From Candidatus Marinacidobacterales bacterium (GTDB lineage Bacteria; Acidobacteriota; Vicinamibacteria; Marinacidobacterales; DATDRI01): 64,000 nt of DNA. The notes beneath the pieces were generated by a model that had not been told where the DNA came from, searched no databases, and was given only the letters and a program-made list of their open reading frames with translations. Positions 40,987-52,449 of the stretch are shown piece by piece (the first letter of the stretch is position 1; the number at the start of each line of letters is the position of its first letter). The stretch spans positions 2,784,001-2,848,000 of the forward strand of contig OZ245365.1 in NCBI GenBank assembly GCA_965226495.1. Direction: 5' to 3'. The position numbers and the translations under genes were made by a program.

Positions 40987-42075
40987 ATGACAGATGCACG
41001 TTTGGTCCTACCCCTTTTGTTCGTGGGCTTCTTGGGCTCCGCCTCCGCGGGCGGTCCTGAGCCGGTAGAAACCCTCTTGGGATTCGATCCCGTCCTCTTG
41101 ACCGAGGGAAAAGAGGTTCTCGGCAACGAGGAGATCTCGCTCACCCGAGAAGGGTTTCGGTATCACTTTGCCAACGCTAGGAACAAATCGACCTTCATGG
41201 GTGATCCGGAACGTTACGGCATCCAGATGGGCGGCCTCTGCGCGCGACTCGGGGAGAGCGTCCCGGGCGCTCCCGACATGTACACCGTCCACGCCGGTCG
41301 GATTTATCTCATCGCCAGCGAAGAGTGCCGCGAGCTCTTCGAGGCAACGCCGTCAAAGTATCTCGAACCTGACCTCCCCATGTCCCCTCGTACCGCCGAC
41401 ACCGTCAAAAAGGGTCGGGAGCTCATTCAAGAAGCGGTCGAGGCCACCGGCGGCGCACACGCCATCGACTCTCTCGCAAGTTATGAGGCGGTGGGTACGG
41501 TACCCGACGCGTCCCGGGAACGGCGCATCAAGACGACGTTCACGATTCTCTTCCCCGATCATCTCCGACTAGAAAGGGAAACTCCCAACTACGGATCGAT
41601 TGCGACCATCACCGTAGGGAACGACGCCTTCGAGGTTCGTCCAACTGAAGTTCGAGCCTTCAGCAAGGCCCAGCGTGTCAATTTCCGAAAGACAATGACC
41701 CGCAACGTGCTGAGCTCCTTGCAAGCTCGCAACGAGCCTGAGTACAGCGCGGTATACACCGGCTCGGACGAAATCAACGGAAAGCGTGTGGGAAAGGTCG
41801 CGGTGGATTTCGGCGGGCAACTCCTAACCCTGGGCATCGAATCAACCACCGGCCGAGTCTTGACCCTAGCTTACCTGGGCCGCGGCCCCGAGGGCGATTA
41901 CGGGCAAGTCATGCAAACATTGTCCGACTATAGGACCATCAACGGAGTGACACTCCCTTTCAAGACGAGCACGACATTCAACGGCCAGCCAGTGCCTCAA
42001 ATGTCATTCACTGCAGAGTCGATCACACTCAACGGGAAGATTTCCACCGAAGCTTTCGAGAGACCGACCGATTGA
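40987..42075 (+). CDS. Secreted YHS-domain protein
   Basis: GFDPV, YHFAN..F..DPERY and a second IYLIAS..C..F..P.KY unit; beta-rich C-terminal domain. Confidence 0.7.
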   Translation: MTDARLVLPLLFVGFLGSASAGGPEPVETLLGFDPVLLTEGKEVLGNEEISLTREGFRYHFANARNKSTFMGDPERYGIQMGGLCARLGESVPGAPDMYTVHAGRIYLIASEECRELFEATPSKYLEPDLPMSPRTADTVKKGRELIQEAVEATGGAHAIDSLASYEAVGTVPDASRERRIKTTFTILFPDHLRLERETPNYGSIATITVGNDAFEVRPTEVRAFSKAQRVNFRKTMTRNVLSSLQARNEPEYSAVYTGSDEINGKRVGKVAVDFGGQLLTLGIESTTGRVLTLAYLGRGPEGDYGQVMQTLSDYRTINGVTLPFKTSTTFNGQPVPQMSFTAESITLNGKISTEAFERPTD

Positions 42076-42082
42076 AAACCAG

Positions 42083-43234
42083 CTAAATAACGTTGTACTC
42101 GGGAATCGACGGTGGCCCACGGAACCTCTGGATCGAGTACGGAGTGAGGTCGACGCTCTGGGCCTGGCCCTCCATAATCAGCTCCGCGATCGAAAGCCCC
42201 ACAGCGGGAGCATGCATCATGCCATGGCCGCTAAACCCGTTGGCGCAGATGAAATTCTCGAGCTCCGGAACAAGACCGAGGATGGCGTTGTGGTCTGGTG
42301 AGACTTCGTAAAGGCCGGCCCACCCCGTTTTGATCTCCGCCTCCGAAAGGGCGGGCATGCGGTGGGTCGCGTGCTCGCTCACGGTGGCGAGCCAATCCCA
42401 ATCCACCTGTTGATTGAAGCTGGCTGGTTCGTTCCGGTCCGACTCCCCCATCAACATCCCGCCGCTTTCCTTGTGCATGTAAACGCCCGTGCCCCAGTCG
42501 ATGAGCATAGGAAAGCTGTCTGGCACCCACGTCAATGGCGCGGTTACGAAGACCATCCGACGGTAGGCTTCTACCGGAATCTCGATACCGGCCATCTCTC
42601 CGACTCTCGCCGCCCAGGGCCCGGCCGCATTGACCACCGTACCCACGTCCCAGCGGTCCCCATTCACGATCAAACCCTGCACGCGGTTGGATGCGACGTC
42701 CATCGCGGATATCTCCACCGAAGTCTCGAACAAAGCGCCCATCTCTTTGGCTTTCTTGGCATAGCCCTGCACGATGGCCGCAGGGCTCGCAATTCCGTCT
42801 TCCGCCCCGAAGGTCGCGCCCACGAGGTCTTCGGTCTCCATCTCCGGCACGATGCGTTTGGCCTCCTCGACCGTCAGAACCTCAACCGGAACACCCAGCT
42901 CTTGCTGCTTGGCGGCGTTTTCGCGAAAGGTCTCGAGCTGGCTCTCATCGGAAAGCACAAAGAGGTAGCCGTTCTGTCTAAAATCGACGGGCACTCCGAT
43001 TTCTTCTTCGAAGCGTTTCAACGCTGCGATGCTGAGCTTGGACATTGCCACGTTGGCGGCGGTCGTAAATTGAAGCCTAACGCCGCCCGCGCACTTGGCA
43101 GTCGAGCCGGCTCCCAAAGCCTCCTCCCGCTCGAAGACCACGACGTTTTTAGCGCCGCTCGCGGCGAGATGATAGGCGATGGAGACCCCCATGATGCCTC
43201 CTCCGACGATGGCGACCTCGGCAGTGCGTTTCAA
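42083..43234 (-). CDS. FAD-dependent oxidoreductase (sarcosine oxidase beta/DAO family)
   Basis: IVGGGIMG, GWAGLY..SPD and GFSGHG. Confidence 0.9.
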   Translation of the reverse strand: MKRTAEVAIVGGGIMGVSIAYHLAASGAKNVVVFEREEALGAGSTAKCAGGVRLQFTTAANVAMSKLSIAALKRFEEEIGVPVDFRQNGYLFVLSDESQLETFRENAAKQQELGVPVEVLTVEEAKRIVPEMETEDLVGATFGAEDGIASPAAIVQGYAKKAKEMGALFETSVEISAMDVASNRVQGLIVNGDRWDVGTVVNAAGPWAARVGEMAGIEIPVEAYRRMVFVTAPLTWVPDSFPMLIDWGTGVYMHKESGGMLMGESDRNEPASFNQQVDWDWLATVSEHATHRMPALSEAEIKTGWAGLYEVSPDHNAILGLVPELENFICANGFSGHGMMHAPAVGLSIAELIMEGQAQSVDLTPYSIQRFRGPPSIPEYNVI

Positions 43235-43329
43235 GGTTGCTAAGGGTACGGGGAATCGAGAGCTGGCGCAATTGGCTCAATAATGCCCCGTTTGACAGCG
43301 TTGGTGAGGGAATCATAGGGTTTCGAGAC

Positions 43330-43868
43330 ATGAACTTGTCGGCTCTTCGCCGCTTGGCATTCGCCCTCGTTCTTCCCGGCATCGCCCAGAGTAGTCCGGA
43401 ACTTCACATCGATGCGGGAAGGCTGCAGCGGCTTCTCACTGACCTTTCGGAGTTTGGCGAGAATCCCGAAGGTGGTGTTTCGCGACTCGCCTTTTCTCGA
43501 GCCGATCGCGACGCTCGAGCGTGGCTGGTCGACCTGATGAAAAGCTCGGGGCTCGAAGTCTGGGTCCTCGATGAAGCCGTTCTCGCAGATATGATCGCTC
43601 TCATACCGAGCCCGCTTTAGCCGACACGCAGCTCAAGGAGTTCATTGAATCGGTTGCTCGGGAAGCCGACTTCTCGACCCTCCGCCTGCCGAGTGGCGCC
43701 GGTCACGACGCCCAGGTCCTCGCCAAGCATGGGATCCCTATCGGAATGATCTTCGTTCCGAGTCGAGACGGCGTCAGTCACTCACCCAAGGAATGGACGG
43801 ACTGGGTCGACTGCGCCAGGGGGGCGGAAGTGCTCTACCGAACCATTAGAGCCTTGGATAACCGCTGA
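43330..43868 (+). pseudogene. M20 N-carbamoyl-L-amino acid/allantoate amidohydrolase with a large internal deletion
   Basis: N-terminus GGVSRLAFS..D..AR joined near 43570, out of frame, to the C-terminus LPSGAGHDAQ...FVPSRDGVSHSPKE. Confidence 0.85.
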
Positions 43869-43875
43869 ATCACGA

Positions 43876-44463
43876 ACCAACATCGTGATGACGCTCCAGT
43901 CGGTTGTCAGCCTGTTTGGTCTGGCTCTCGGGACGGGGCTGGTGTTTGCGCGCTTTTCGCGACCCTGTGTGAGGATCTTGTTTAGCAGGAACGCGATCGT
44001 GGCCCCCTACCGAGGCATAACGGCCCTCCAGTTCAGGATCGCCAACCAACGCAAGACCCCACTCATCGAGGTCGAGGCACAGGTTATCTTCAGCCGTATG
44101 GTGAACGAAGACGGACGTCGAGTGCGCCGCTTCCATCGGCTTCGTCTCGAGCGAAACAAGGTGACGTTCTTTCCCTTGACCTGGACGACCGTTCACCCAA
44201 TCGACAAAGAGAGTCCTCTCTTCGGACTCACCGGTGAGGAGTGTGAGTCGGCAGAGGCCGAGATTCTAGTGCTTTTGACTGGAACCGAGGAGACTTTTTC
44301 TCAAATGGTCCACACACGTTCCTCTTACAAACCGGACGAAATCGTGTGGAATGCAATGTTCGAGAACGTCTTCGAACAATCCGACGGCGGACCGATCACG
44401 GCCGACGTCAGCAGGATCCACGATATCAAGCGGCTGGAGCCTTCTTCGATTGGTGTGGTGTAG
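43876..44463 (+). pseudogene. KirBac inward-rectifier K+ channel lacking its N-terminal helix and pore
   Basis: Starts in the inner helix (LALGTGLVFARFSRP); FRIANQR, LTWTTVHPIDKESPL and TRSSY; no T(I/V)GYG filter. Confidence 0.8.
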
Positions 44464-44475
44464 GCGACTCCTTGC

Positions 44476-44985
44476 CTACCGGCTCGTCACGTTCTTCTCC
44501 AAGCGCACCACTGTACCGCCCGCGTCGGGAAACGTGAAGTCCACTCGATCCGCAAATTGGTGCATATAGAACACTCCGCGTCCACCCCCCCGGTCCAGGT
44601 TCTCGGGCCCGCGTGGATCCGGTACTCCTGCAGGGTCGAAACCACTGCCTTCGTCGCCGACCGTAAAAACCAGTTTGCCCTTCCCCCTGACCACGGAGCT
44701 CAGGAAACTCACGTGGACCCGTCGACGTGGGTCGCCACGATTCCCGTGCCTAATGGCGTTGACGATGGCTTCTCGAAGCGCCAATGAGAAGAAGTGAGAG
44801 GCATCGGGACCGAGGCCCTCTTGGATTCCTAGAAGCTCTGCGGCGTGCTGGATGGAGTCGACCACGTTCATCTGGCTCGCTGCGTCTATCTTGAAGCTCT
44901 GGGGCATTCTGGACTCGTCGGCCGACGCCTTTCGTCTCACACTCATCGCCTCCCGGTCAAGCCCGAAGGGCTCATCAGTAGACAC
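44476..44985 (-). CDS. Anti-sigma factor RsbW-like ATP-binding protein
   Basis: EAIVNAIRHGN, DEGSGFD and GGRGVF motifs. Confidence 0.85.
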   Translation of the reverse strand: MSTDEPFGLDREAMSVRRKASADESRMPQSFKIDAASQMNVVDSIQHAAELLGIQEGLGPDASHFFSLALREAIVNAIRHGNRGDPRRRVHVSFLSSVVRGKGKLVFTVGDEGSGFDPAGVPDPRGPENLDRGGGRGVFYMHQFADRVDFTFPDAGGTVVRLEKNVTSR

Positions 44986-45030
44986 CCGATCGGCGGAACG
45001 CTAAACTCGCCAAGTCCAAGGGAATCTACG

Positions 45031-46662
45031 TTGCGTGTTGCTATGGCTCAAATCAACCCCACGGTCGGGGATTTGGCGGGAAATTTGAGCCTAATCCGAG
45101 AAGCGATTCGACGCGGCGAAGAGTCCGGCGTTCAGCTCGTGGTTTTATCGGAGCTCTGTATATCGGGCTACCCCCCCAAGGATCTCCTCGAGAGGTCCGC
45201 CTTTGTGCGAAGATGCGGTGAAGCGCTGGATGAGCTAGCGGCCGGAGTAGGCAAGACGGCCGCGCTCGTCGGCTACCCCGAGGAGAACACGACCTCGGCC
45301 GGCAAACCCGTTTTCAACTCGTCCGCACTCCTGCACGAAGGGAGGGTGGTTTCGCGAGTTCGTAAGACTCTCCTCCCCACGTACGACATTTTCGATGAGA
45401 ACCGGTATTTCGAGCCGGCCGCGGAAACGGTCCCGGTAGACTTCTGTGGCGGCAAGCTCGGCGTTACGATCTGCGAGGATCTCTGGAACGATCGTGATTT
45501 CTGGCCGCAACGCCACTACCGGACCGATCCGGTAGCCGGTCTCGTTCAGCGTGGCGCGGAAGCGGTACTGAATATCTCTTCGTCTCCCTACAGCCTGGGC
45601 AAGGAAGATTTGCGACTCCGGATGCTTCGAGGCCTGGTCGAGAAATACCGAATTCCTCTCATCTATGTCAACCAAGTAGGAGGCAACGACGAGCTCATTT
45701 TCGACGGCAACAGTGTCGCCCTCTCCGCCGATGGCTCGCTCCTCGCAAGGGGCAAACCGTTCGAGGAAGATTTCCTTGTGGTCGATACCGACTCGCAGGA
45801 CAGCGTCGAGTGGTTAGATGCACCCCTCATGGAACGACTGTACGCGGCGCTGGTTCTCGGCACCGGAGACTACGCGCGGAAGTGTGGCTTCCAACGCGCC
45901 GTGGTCGGACTCTCGGGCGGAATCGACTCGACGGTCACGGTGTGCCTAGCTGCAGCGGCGTTGGGAAAAGAGAACGTGCTCGGCGTGAGCATGCCCTCTC
46001 GATACTCCTCCGCGGGTAGCATCACCGATGCTCGCACTGTCGCGGAAAATCTCGGCATAGAGTTTCAAGTCATCCCGATCGAAGGCCCCTTCTCGGCTTA
46101 CCTAGACACGCTCGCGCCTACGTTTAAGGGACGGAAACCCGACGTCACCGAGGAGAACCTCCAGGCCCGCATCCGGGGCAACCTTCTAATGGCCATCTCC
46201 AATAAGTTCGGGCATCTCGTACTCTCAACGGGGAATAAGTCCGAGTTCGCGGTGGGCTACACGACCCTATACGGGGACATGGCTGGTGGCTTGGCGGTAA
46301 TCGCCGACGTGCCCAAGACCCGGGTGTACGAGCTCGCCCGTTATATTAATGAGAGGGGTCCCGTTATTCCCGAGTCGGTGCTCACCAAACCTCCCTCCGC
46401 AGAGCTGCGCCCCGATCAAACGGATCAAGACAGCCTCCCTCCTTATGAAGTGCTCGATCCTATTCTCGAGGCTTATATCGAAGACGCTAAACCGGCGGAC
46501 GAGATTGTCGCTCTCGGCCATGATCGCGAGCTCGTACTCGAAATCGTACGCCGCGTAAACTCCAACGAGTACAAGCGCTACCAGGCCCCCCCCGCTTTGA
46601 AGGTGACTCCACGTGCCTTCGGAACTGGCTGGCGCATGCCTATCGCACGAGCCTTCCGGTAA
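45031..46662 (+). CDS. nadE: Glutamine-dependent NAD+ synthetase
   Basis: Nitrilase domain (EL..SGY, KTLLP, ICED) plus GLSGGIDS, ENLQARIR, TGNKSE and PSAEL. Confidence 0.95.
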   Translation: MRVAMAQINPTVGDLAGNLSLIREAIRRGEESGVQLVVLSELCISGYPPKDLLERSAFVRRCGEALDELAAGVGKTAALVGYPEENTTSAGKPVFNSSALLHEGRVVSRVRKTLLPTYDIFDENRYFEPAAETVPVDFCGGKLGVTICEDLWNDRDFWPQRHYRTDPVAGLVQRGAEAVLNISSSPYSLGKEDLRLRMLRGLVEKYRIPLIYVNQVGGNDELIFDGNSVALSADGSLLARGKPFEEDFLVVDTDSQDSVEWLDAPLMERLYAALVLGTGDYARKCGFQRAVVGLSGGIDSTVTVCLAAAALGKENVLGVSMPSRYSSAGSITDARTVAENLGIEFQVIPIEGPFSAYLDTLAPTFKGRKPDVTEENLQARIRGNLLMAISNKFGHLVLSTGNKSEFAVGYTTLYGDMAGGLAVIADVPKTRVYELARYINERGPVIPESVLTKPPSAELRPDQTDQDSLPPYEVLDPILEAYIEDAKPADEIVALGHDRELVLEIVRRVNSNEYKRYQAPPALKVTPRAFGTGWRMPIARAFR

Positions 46663-46693
46663 CCCTACCGATTCGTTCAATAAGGAGACGACG

Positions 46694-47305
46694 ATGTCCA
46701 ATCTCAACCTATGGAGGGTCTTGGTCGTAATTCTTCTCTCCTCCTCCATCTGCCGCACCGTTCTGGCTGAGGAAAAGGCGGATGATTCCAACACGCCACC
46801 TCCGGCCCAATGGACCCCTGTAAAGAAGGCAGCGGTCGACTGGATCGACCTTAACGCGGCGATGCTGAAAGAGATCAACCGAACGATTTGGGAGTACGCG
46901 GAGCCGGGAATGCTCGAATACCGTTCAGCCGCATTGATCACTCCTACCGTCGGTTTGAGCGTGGCCACCTTCGTCGCAGGCTCACCAGGACACAACTGGG
47001 CCGAGGTCGCATGCTCCCGGTCGTCGATTGGTGAGAAAGGCATGCTGGTAGCAACGAAAGTCCTAGCGGCGACTGCGTTGGACATCTTACAGCAGGGCGA
47101 GACGTTGGCTGCGATGAGGGCCGAGTTCGACGAGATGACCGAGGGCAAAGCCTACCAGTCATCGATCCCTGCCGACGTACCGCCACCCGTCCTCCCTAAT
47201 CCCTACCAGAATCCAGACTGGACTCCCGGCGATTCGGACTACCCGACTTGGGGATCTTTCGTTTGGGAGGAGCTGCCGGCAGAGGACAATCAATCGCCGA
47301 GGTAG
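46694..47305 (+). pseudogene. AbgB-like M20 amidohydrolase with an in-frame loss of the catalytic core
   Basis: IWEYAEPGMLEYRSA joined near 46935 to PTVG...PGHNW..IGEKGML. Confidence 0.8.
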
Positions 47306-47309
47306 GAAA

Positions 47310-48107
47310 CTATGGGGCGAGACTCGCTGCCGAGTAGCCTTGCAACCAAACCACACCGGCTAGCTCATCACCGAGGTCGAACGAGGAACCGAGCTCCGCA
47401 ACGATTTTCGAAGCCACAAGAAGATCCGTCGTGGGCCGGTTCGCATCCTCGCCATACAGACTAACGGGAAGACATCGGAACTCACGCTCCTCGTATGAAA
47501 GCGTCTTCGGAGGTCCATCGATCGGGCTTTGTAAGCTACCGCAGTCCCGGTTGCCGGCTTTTTGGGGGACATACATTCGAATACCGTAGAGAGAACGTAA
47601 GAGAACGTCGCCGTCGTCGGGGTCGGTGGAAACAGGAAGTGGCTGGACTCTGCGGAGGGACAAAGCGAGGGCGTTCACGACGAACTCGTGCGTTTCACCT
47701 GCACTGTATCGTGAACGTCCGGTAGAGTGCAGCACATCGTAGAAACGGAAGGTTGCGCCTCCAGTCTCTCCAACGATCCACCCTTCCCGGCCACCGGAGC
47801 CCGAGACGACCTCCGACACCTTGACCTCCATCGTGCGGCCGTCCTTCACGAAGGGGAACGCTACCTTCACCTGCCCTTGGTCGATGACACCGGCGATCCC
47901 GAGCCGCCCGTCGAACTGAGCTCGCAGCTCGACGCCAGCTAGTTTCTCGGACTTGATCGACAGGTGCGGTGTCTCGACCGCATTCGAGACTCTCTCCAAG
48001 ACCTTTCCCGGCGCCAAGGCAAACGTGTCCCAGTACTCGGGCTGCAAGATCCCATCGCCCAACGCTGGCACATTGGCGGTCGTCGACATGATGATGTTCG
48101 GGTCCAT
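47310..48107 (-). CDS. Hypothetical protein
   Basis: Long ORF with coding-like composition ending G.VWLQGY; start uncertain. Confidence 0.6.
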   Translation of the reverse strand: MDPNIIMSTTANVPALGDGILQPEYWDTFALAPGKVLERVSNAVETPHLSIKSEKLAGVELRAQFDGRLGIAGVIDQGQVKVAFPFVKDGRTMEVKVSEVVSGSGGREGWIVGETGGATFRFYDVLHSTGRSRYSAGETHEFVVNALALSLRRVQPLPVSTDPDDGDVLLRSLYGIRMYVPQKAGNRDCGSLQSPIDGPPKTLSYEEREFRCLPVSLYGEDANRPTTDLLVASKIVAELGSSFDLGDELAGVVWLQGYSAASLAP

Positions 48108-48364
48108 AGGTTCCCCTACAAACGAAGCAATATCTAGACCAGCCATAGCAGGAAGCAAACAGCCCTCAATCAAAAGAAACCAAAGGTCTTAGGGGTTGAT
48201 GGAACAGATGGACTGCGGGGTGGATCCCCCACCGCCGCCTCACCGCGTGTCGCAAAAGCACCCACATGTTTTGGCGGCCGAAGGGCCCGACGGGCAAGGT
48301 GGCATTGGCACCCCCCCGTCGGCGGGCGTTCGAACGCCGAGGGACTAGATACAGACTCGGGGGC

Positions 48365-50428
48365 TCAGGTCAGTCCTAGGATCTGATCCAAGTTGTAGGG
48401 AAAGACGACTGTGAATGTCGACCCCTTTCCCTCTTGGCTATCGACGAGGATCTGTCCGCGGTGGTCCTCCATGATCTTGTAGCAGATCGAAAGGCCCAGA
48501 CCGGTACCCACACCCACCCCCTTGGTCGTGAAACCGGGATCGAAGATCTTCTCTAGTTTCTCCTTCGGGATGCCTTTACCGTTGTCTCGGATCGCGACGT
48601 GGATCTTTTCTTCCTTTTCGAAAGTCGTCACGGTGATCTCACCCTCGTCGACGATCGATTGCTGGGCATTGACGAGGAGGTTCAGAAACACTTGATTCAA
48701 CTGGTCGGGGTAGCAAGCCACGGGCGAAAATTTTCCGTAAACCTTGGTTAGCTTGATGTCGTGCTTAATCTGATGGTGGATCAGGGCCAAGGTATCGTCG
48801 AGTCCTTCGTGTATATCCACTGTCTTCAATTGCGCCTCATCCATACGGGCAAAGCTTTTCAGTCTTCGCACGATGTTCGCCACTCGCAATGTGCCGGTGT
48901 CGATGACCCTGCTAGCGTCCCCAATGGCGCTCAGAGCTCGAGATACCCCCGCCTTGTCGCCGCTCGTTTCGCCGTCGAGCGATTGCTGGAGCTTCCGTAC
49001 CGCACCCTTCAACGTATCGTTCATGCTGTGAATGGCACCGACCGGTGTGTTGATCTCGTGAGCGATTCCGGCGACGAGCATTCCAAGCGCCGCCATCTTC
49101 TCGGACTGCACCAACTGAGACTGCGTCTGCCGCAAGTCCTGATTCGCCTGCGCCAGATCTTCGAGCGCCTTCTTGACTTCACTAATGTCGTGGGCGATTC
49201 CGATGAGGAGCAACACCGTCCCGCTTTCGCTTGTGAGCGCCGAGAGATCGGTCGAATACCAGCGCCAGATTCCGTCCAAGTGACGAACCCGATATTCGAT
49301 GCCGCTGTGCTCCACTCCACCCGCGCGCGCCGCCTGCAACATTTCCCTACAACGTTCCACGTCGTCGGGATGGAGGAAGCTCTCGAAAAATTCCCCCTCG
49401 ACATTCGCCAATTCATGTCCGAGGAAGCGAGTCCAATTCGGTGAGACGTATGAGAAAAGGCCTTGCGGTGTCAGTGAGTAGATAATGTCATTCGCGTTCT
49501 CTACCAGTCCGCGAAACCTCTCTTCACTCTCCCTGAGGGCTTGCCGAGCCCTCCTCCGTTCCTCGGTAACTGCTGCCAGGAGCATGGTCGTCACCATAAC
49601 CACGCCGAGGAAAGTCCAGAGCAGGATCATCCTCTGGTCGAAGACCCCTTGACCAAATGGGCCGTAGCCTTGCGCGGTACCCCAAACACCAAGCGCAGAA
49701 ACGATCAGGATGGCGGTCGATGCGCCGCGAGAACCGAAGCGAAGGGCGGTCCAAACGAGGAAGGGAAAAAGCCCTCCTATCACGCTGAGCGCTGTGGTCG
49801 GCTGCAGCCAACCTCGGAAAGCGAGCCCACTGACGGCGAGAAGGGCCAGCGCGAGAAACACACCTTCGGCGACTCGGCCGATCTGACGTGGCCTCGAGCT
49901 CCAAGTCAGCAGGAAGGGCGCGACGGTGAGAATTCCCATCGTGTCACCCAGCCAGAACTTCAACCATTCGAGCCCTACTTCCCCCGGAGGTATGCGCCCC
50001 GAGGTATAGAAGCTAACGATCCCAATCGAAGAACCGACGATGCTGACCAACACGGCAACGCCGGCCAAAGCGGCGACGTCGTAAAGACGATCGAGAGAGT
50101 TTCGGAAGCCCAACACGCGTTTCAGAAGATAGGCACCCAAAACCGCTTCCATAGTGACCCCTACGGCGCTAATCACGACTTGCAGCGGGGACGCGAACCC
50201 CCACGAGAGAAGGGCAGCTCCGAATGCAAGTCCCGGCCAAAGGCGGAGACGGCCGATGAGTAGTGCAGCGAGGGCGACGCCGCTCGGAGGCCACACCACC
50301 GCGACATCCCAGCCGGACACCATTACGTGAGAAAGCGCCAGCTTGCCGAGCCAGTAGTACGCGGCCGCGAGGGCAACGACCTTAGATAGGTATTTGAGCG
50401 TAGGCTGGAGACCTTTAGACAGGTTCAT
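48365..50428 (-). CDS. MASE1-PAS sensor histidine kinase
   Basis: VWPPSG and WLGD MASE1 motifs; PAS (LHPDD); AHEINTP, NLLVNA, DNGKG and GTGLGL. Confidence 0.93.
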   Translation of the reverse strand: MNLSKGLQPTLKYLSKVVALAAAYYWLGKLALSHVMVSGWDVAVVWPPSGVALAALLIGRLRLWPGLAFGAALLSWGFASPLQVVISAVGVTMEAVLGAYLLKRVLGFRNSLDRLYDVAALAGVAVLVSIVGSSIGIVSFYTSGRIPPGEVGLEWLKFWLGDTMGILTVAPFLLTWSSRPRQIGRVAEGVFLALALLAVSGLAFRGWLQPTTALSVIGGLFPFLVWTALRFGSRGASTAILIVSALGVWGTAQGYGPFGQGVFDQRMILLWTFLGVVMVTTMLLAAVTEERRRARQALRESEERFRGLVENANDIIYSLTPQGLFSYVSPNWTRFLGHELANVEGEFFESFLHPDDVERCREMLQAARAGGVEHSGIEYRVRHLDGIWRWYSTDLSALTSESGTVLLLIGIAHDISEVKKALEDLAQANQDLRQTQSQLVQSEKMAALGMLVAGIAHEINTPVGAIHSMNDTLKGAVRKLQQSLDGETSGDKAGVSRALSAIGDASRVIDTGTLRVANIVRRLKSFARMDEAQLKTVDIHEGLDDTLALIHHQIKHDIKLTKVYGKFSPVACYPDQLNQVFLNLLVNAQQSIVDEGEITVTTFEKEEKIHVAIRDNGKGIPKEKLEKIFDPGFTTKGVGVGTGLGLSICYKIMEDHRGQILVDSQEGKGSTFTVVFPYNLDQILGLT

Positions 50429-50471
50429 AGCGCAGACAACGGCCGGGCGGTTATTATATTTCTTGCGGATG

Positions 50472-50943
50472 CTATAGAACAGCGGGGCTTGAGGATACTC
50501 GGGCGACGAGCACCGCCTGGCGTTCGTTGAGTCGAATACCCGGGCGTGCGTTACGTAACTGCGTGACGGCGTCTTCGAGGTCGGTCGCGAGCCCCTTGGA
50601 CATGAGCAGCGCCGCGGCGACCATTCCGGATCGGCCGTGTCCCTCCGCACAGTGCAGATAGGTAGGGCCAGACTCCCTAAGAACGGCTTGAACGAACTCT
50701 CTAAACTCGGCGTCCGGCGGCACTGAGGCGTCGAGCGTGGGCAAACACAAATATCGGCGCCCGTCTCGAACCGCGCGTGGCTCGGCGAACTCAGCCGTCA
50801 AGTCCGCCACCGCCCGAACGTCCTTCGGTAACTCACCGGCGAACGCTCGTCGACCGACGTAGAGCCCTGGATAGATCTCCCAGAACAATTCCGTAATAAG
50901 CGAGGAGCCCACCCATCATGAGAAACAGGATTCCATATTTCAT
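50472..50943 (-). pseudogene. Membrane-anchored dual-specificity (CX5R) phosphatase with a frameshifting deletion
   Basis: MKYGILFL.. TM start in one frame; LYVGRR, DLTAEF and HCAEGHGRS in another; junction near 50880. Confidence 0.8.
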
Positions 50944-51857
50944 GGCTGTCGTCGCCGACCGTAGCAGAACAGCTTCTTGTTGGCGGTGCTGGTCAGGAGG
51001 TGGCGGTCGTCGATGTCCTCGATCCTGCACTCCCCTGTCCAATCCGGGAGCGATACCCGTTGGCAAATCTCTCCGCTTTGCACGTCCAAAACCCACAAAT
51101 AGTAATGCCCGCCATGCGGTTTGGTAGGATCGAAAGTCAACTCCCGATGCCGGTCCGACACCACCATATAGACGAACCCCTCGCTGTAGCGATAAGAGTA
51201 GTAGTTCCCGGTGATAAAGTGGCCTTCGCGCCCAAGATCGAAATGCCAACGCGATTCGCCGTTGGGGGCGATTCGGAGGAGGTGAAATCCCTCGTCGTCC
51301 TCCGATCCGCGGGAGAGCACGTCCCCGTTGTCGAGCCTCAAGGGTCGCCCCATGTAGAAATTCCAAGACGCGTCTTTCTCCCGAATGTTGCCTCTCCACT
51401 CTTCCCCGTCGGTCTCAATCTCTCCGACAACCTCCCCGCTATGGATGCTCAGGACACGTCCGCCTTCGCAAAAACAGACCGACCCCGCGACATGGACGGC
51501 GGTGCCTAGAACAGGCGGACCGACGAAGGGAATAAGCTCGAGGAGCCTACGACCCCAACTCACTTCCCGTCGACCCGGCCACAACAACTCCCCGGTCGCG
51601 ACCGAGATCCCCCAGGCACCGAAGCTCGCGGTCCAAGGTCCACCGGACTTCGTCTCGGTGGCTACGATGACGCCGTCGCTAATCCCACAGATCGTGTTCG
51701 GCCCCTCGAATGTGTGCTCCCAATGTCGCTGACCGCTCTGGAGATCCACGCAAAACCACTGGCCGACCGCCTTACCATCCGCGAGATGGACATGCCCATA
51801 CCAGTCCGTCAGTACGTTGCGCGCGGTGAACCGCCAGCTTGGTTCGTCGACGATCAT
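50940..51857 (-). CDS. Hypothetical beta-propeller-like protein
   Basis: Repeated D..SG...W motifs; ATGA overlaps with kptA and with the phosphatase. Confidence 0.7.
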   Translation of the reverse strand: MIVDEPSWRFTARNVLTDWYGHVHLADGKAVGQWFCVDLQSGQRHWEHTFEGPNTICGISDGVIVATETKSGGPWTASFGAWGISVATGELLWPGRREVSWGRRLLELIPFVGPPVLGTAVHVAGSVCFCEGGRVLSIHSGEVVGEIETDGEEWRGNIREKDASWNFYMGRPLRLDNGDVLSRGSEDDEGFHLLRIAPNGESRWHFDLGREGHFITGNYYSYRYSEGFVYMVVSDRHRELTFDPTKPHGGHYYLWVLDVQSGEICQRVSLPDWTGECRIEDIDDRHLLTSTANKKLFCYGRRRQP

Positions 51858-52405
51858 GTCCGGTTCGAAAAATCTATGTATTGGGCCGGAACCTCTCCCG
51901 TAAGCCAAACACCATTCTCCGACAAAAAGAACTCGTAGCCGGCGGCACGCATTTCGCCGGACTCGATTCGTAGGACGACGGGTTCCCCGTGCCTCCGACC
52001 AACCTTGCGGGCCGTTTGCTCGTCAGGCGATAGATGGACGTACTGACGATCTCGGCTCGTCAGCCCCTGGTCGCGGATTCCTTCTAAGAACCGTTTGGCG
52101 GTCCCGTGATAGAGAATCCTTGGCGGGTCGACGGCGTCCAGGCCGAGGTCGATCGGGAGCGAATGTCCTTGTACGGCGCGAATCCGAAGCCCGTCTTCGC
52201 TGAAGCTGAACCGACCCTTGTCGTTTTGCGCGACGACGTCTTTGAGGGAATCCGCCGTTAGCGTGACACCCGCAGAGCTCGCCCTTTCAATTAGTTCTGC
52301 CACGTTCGCCCACCCGCCCTCATCCAGAGACAAGCCAATCTGTTGCGGCTGGTGGCGAAGCACGAGTGCCAGGAACTTGCTGGTACGTACGAGCTTCTTG
52401 TCCAT
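51854..52405 (-). CDS. kptA: RNA 2'-phosphotransferase (Tpt1/KptA)
   Basis: LRH, K.RF, IRAVQGHS, YHGT, YVHLS and ENGVWL. Confidence 0.95.
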   Translation of the reverse strand: MDKKLVRTSKFLALVLRHQPQQIGLSLDEGGWANVAELIERASSAGVTLTADSLKDVVAQNDKGRFSFSEDGLRIRAVQGHSLPIDLGLDAVDPPRILYHGTAKRFLEGIRDQGLTSRDRQYVHLSPDEQTARKVGRRHGEPVVLRIESGEMRAAGYEFFLSENGVWLTGEVPAQYIDFSNRT

Positions 52406-52449
52406 GGGCGAGGCTGATAAGGTGATTGCAACTTCCGTGCCGACCTTTG

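Noticed and set aside
48195-48350. 6S RNA, tRNA or group II intron identity
   Set aside because: The ends do not pair into a rod, and no TTCRA cloverleaf or domain V motif is present; kept only as an unassigned structure
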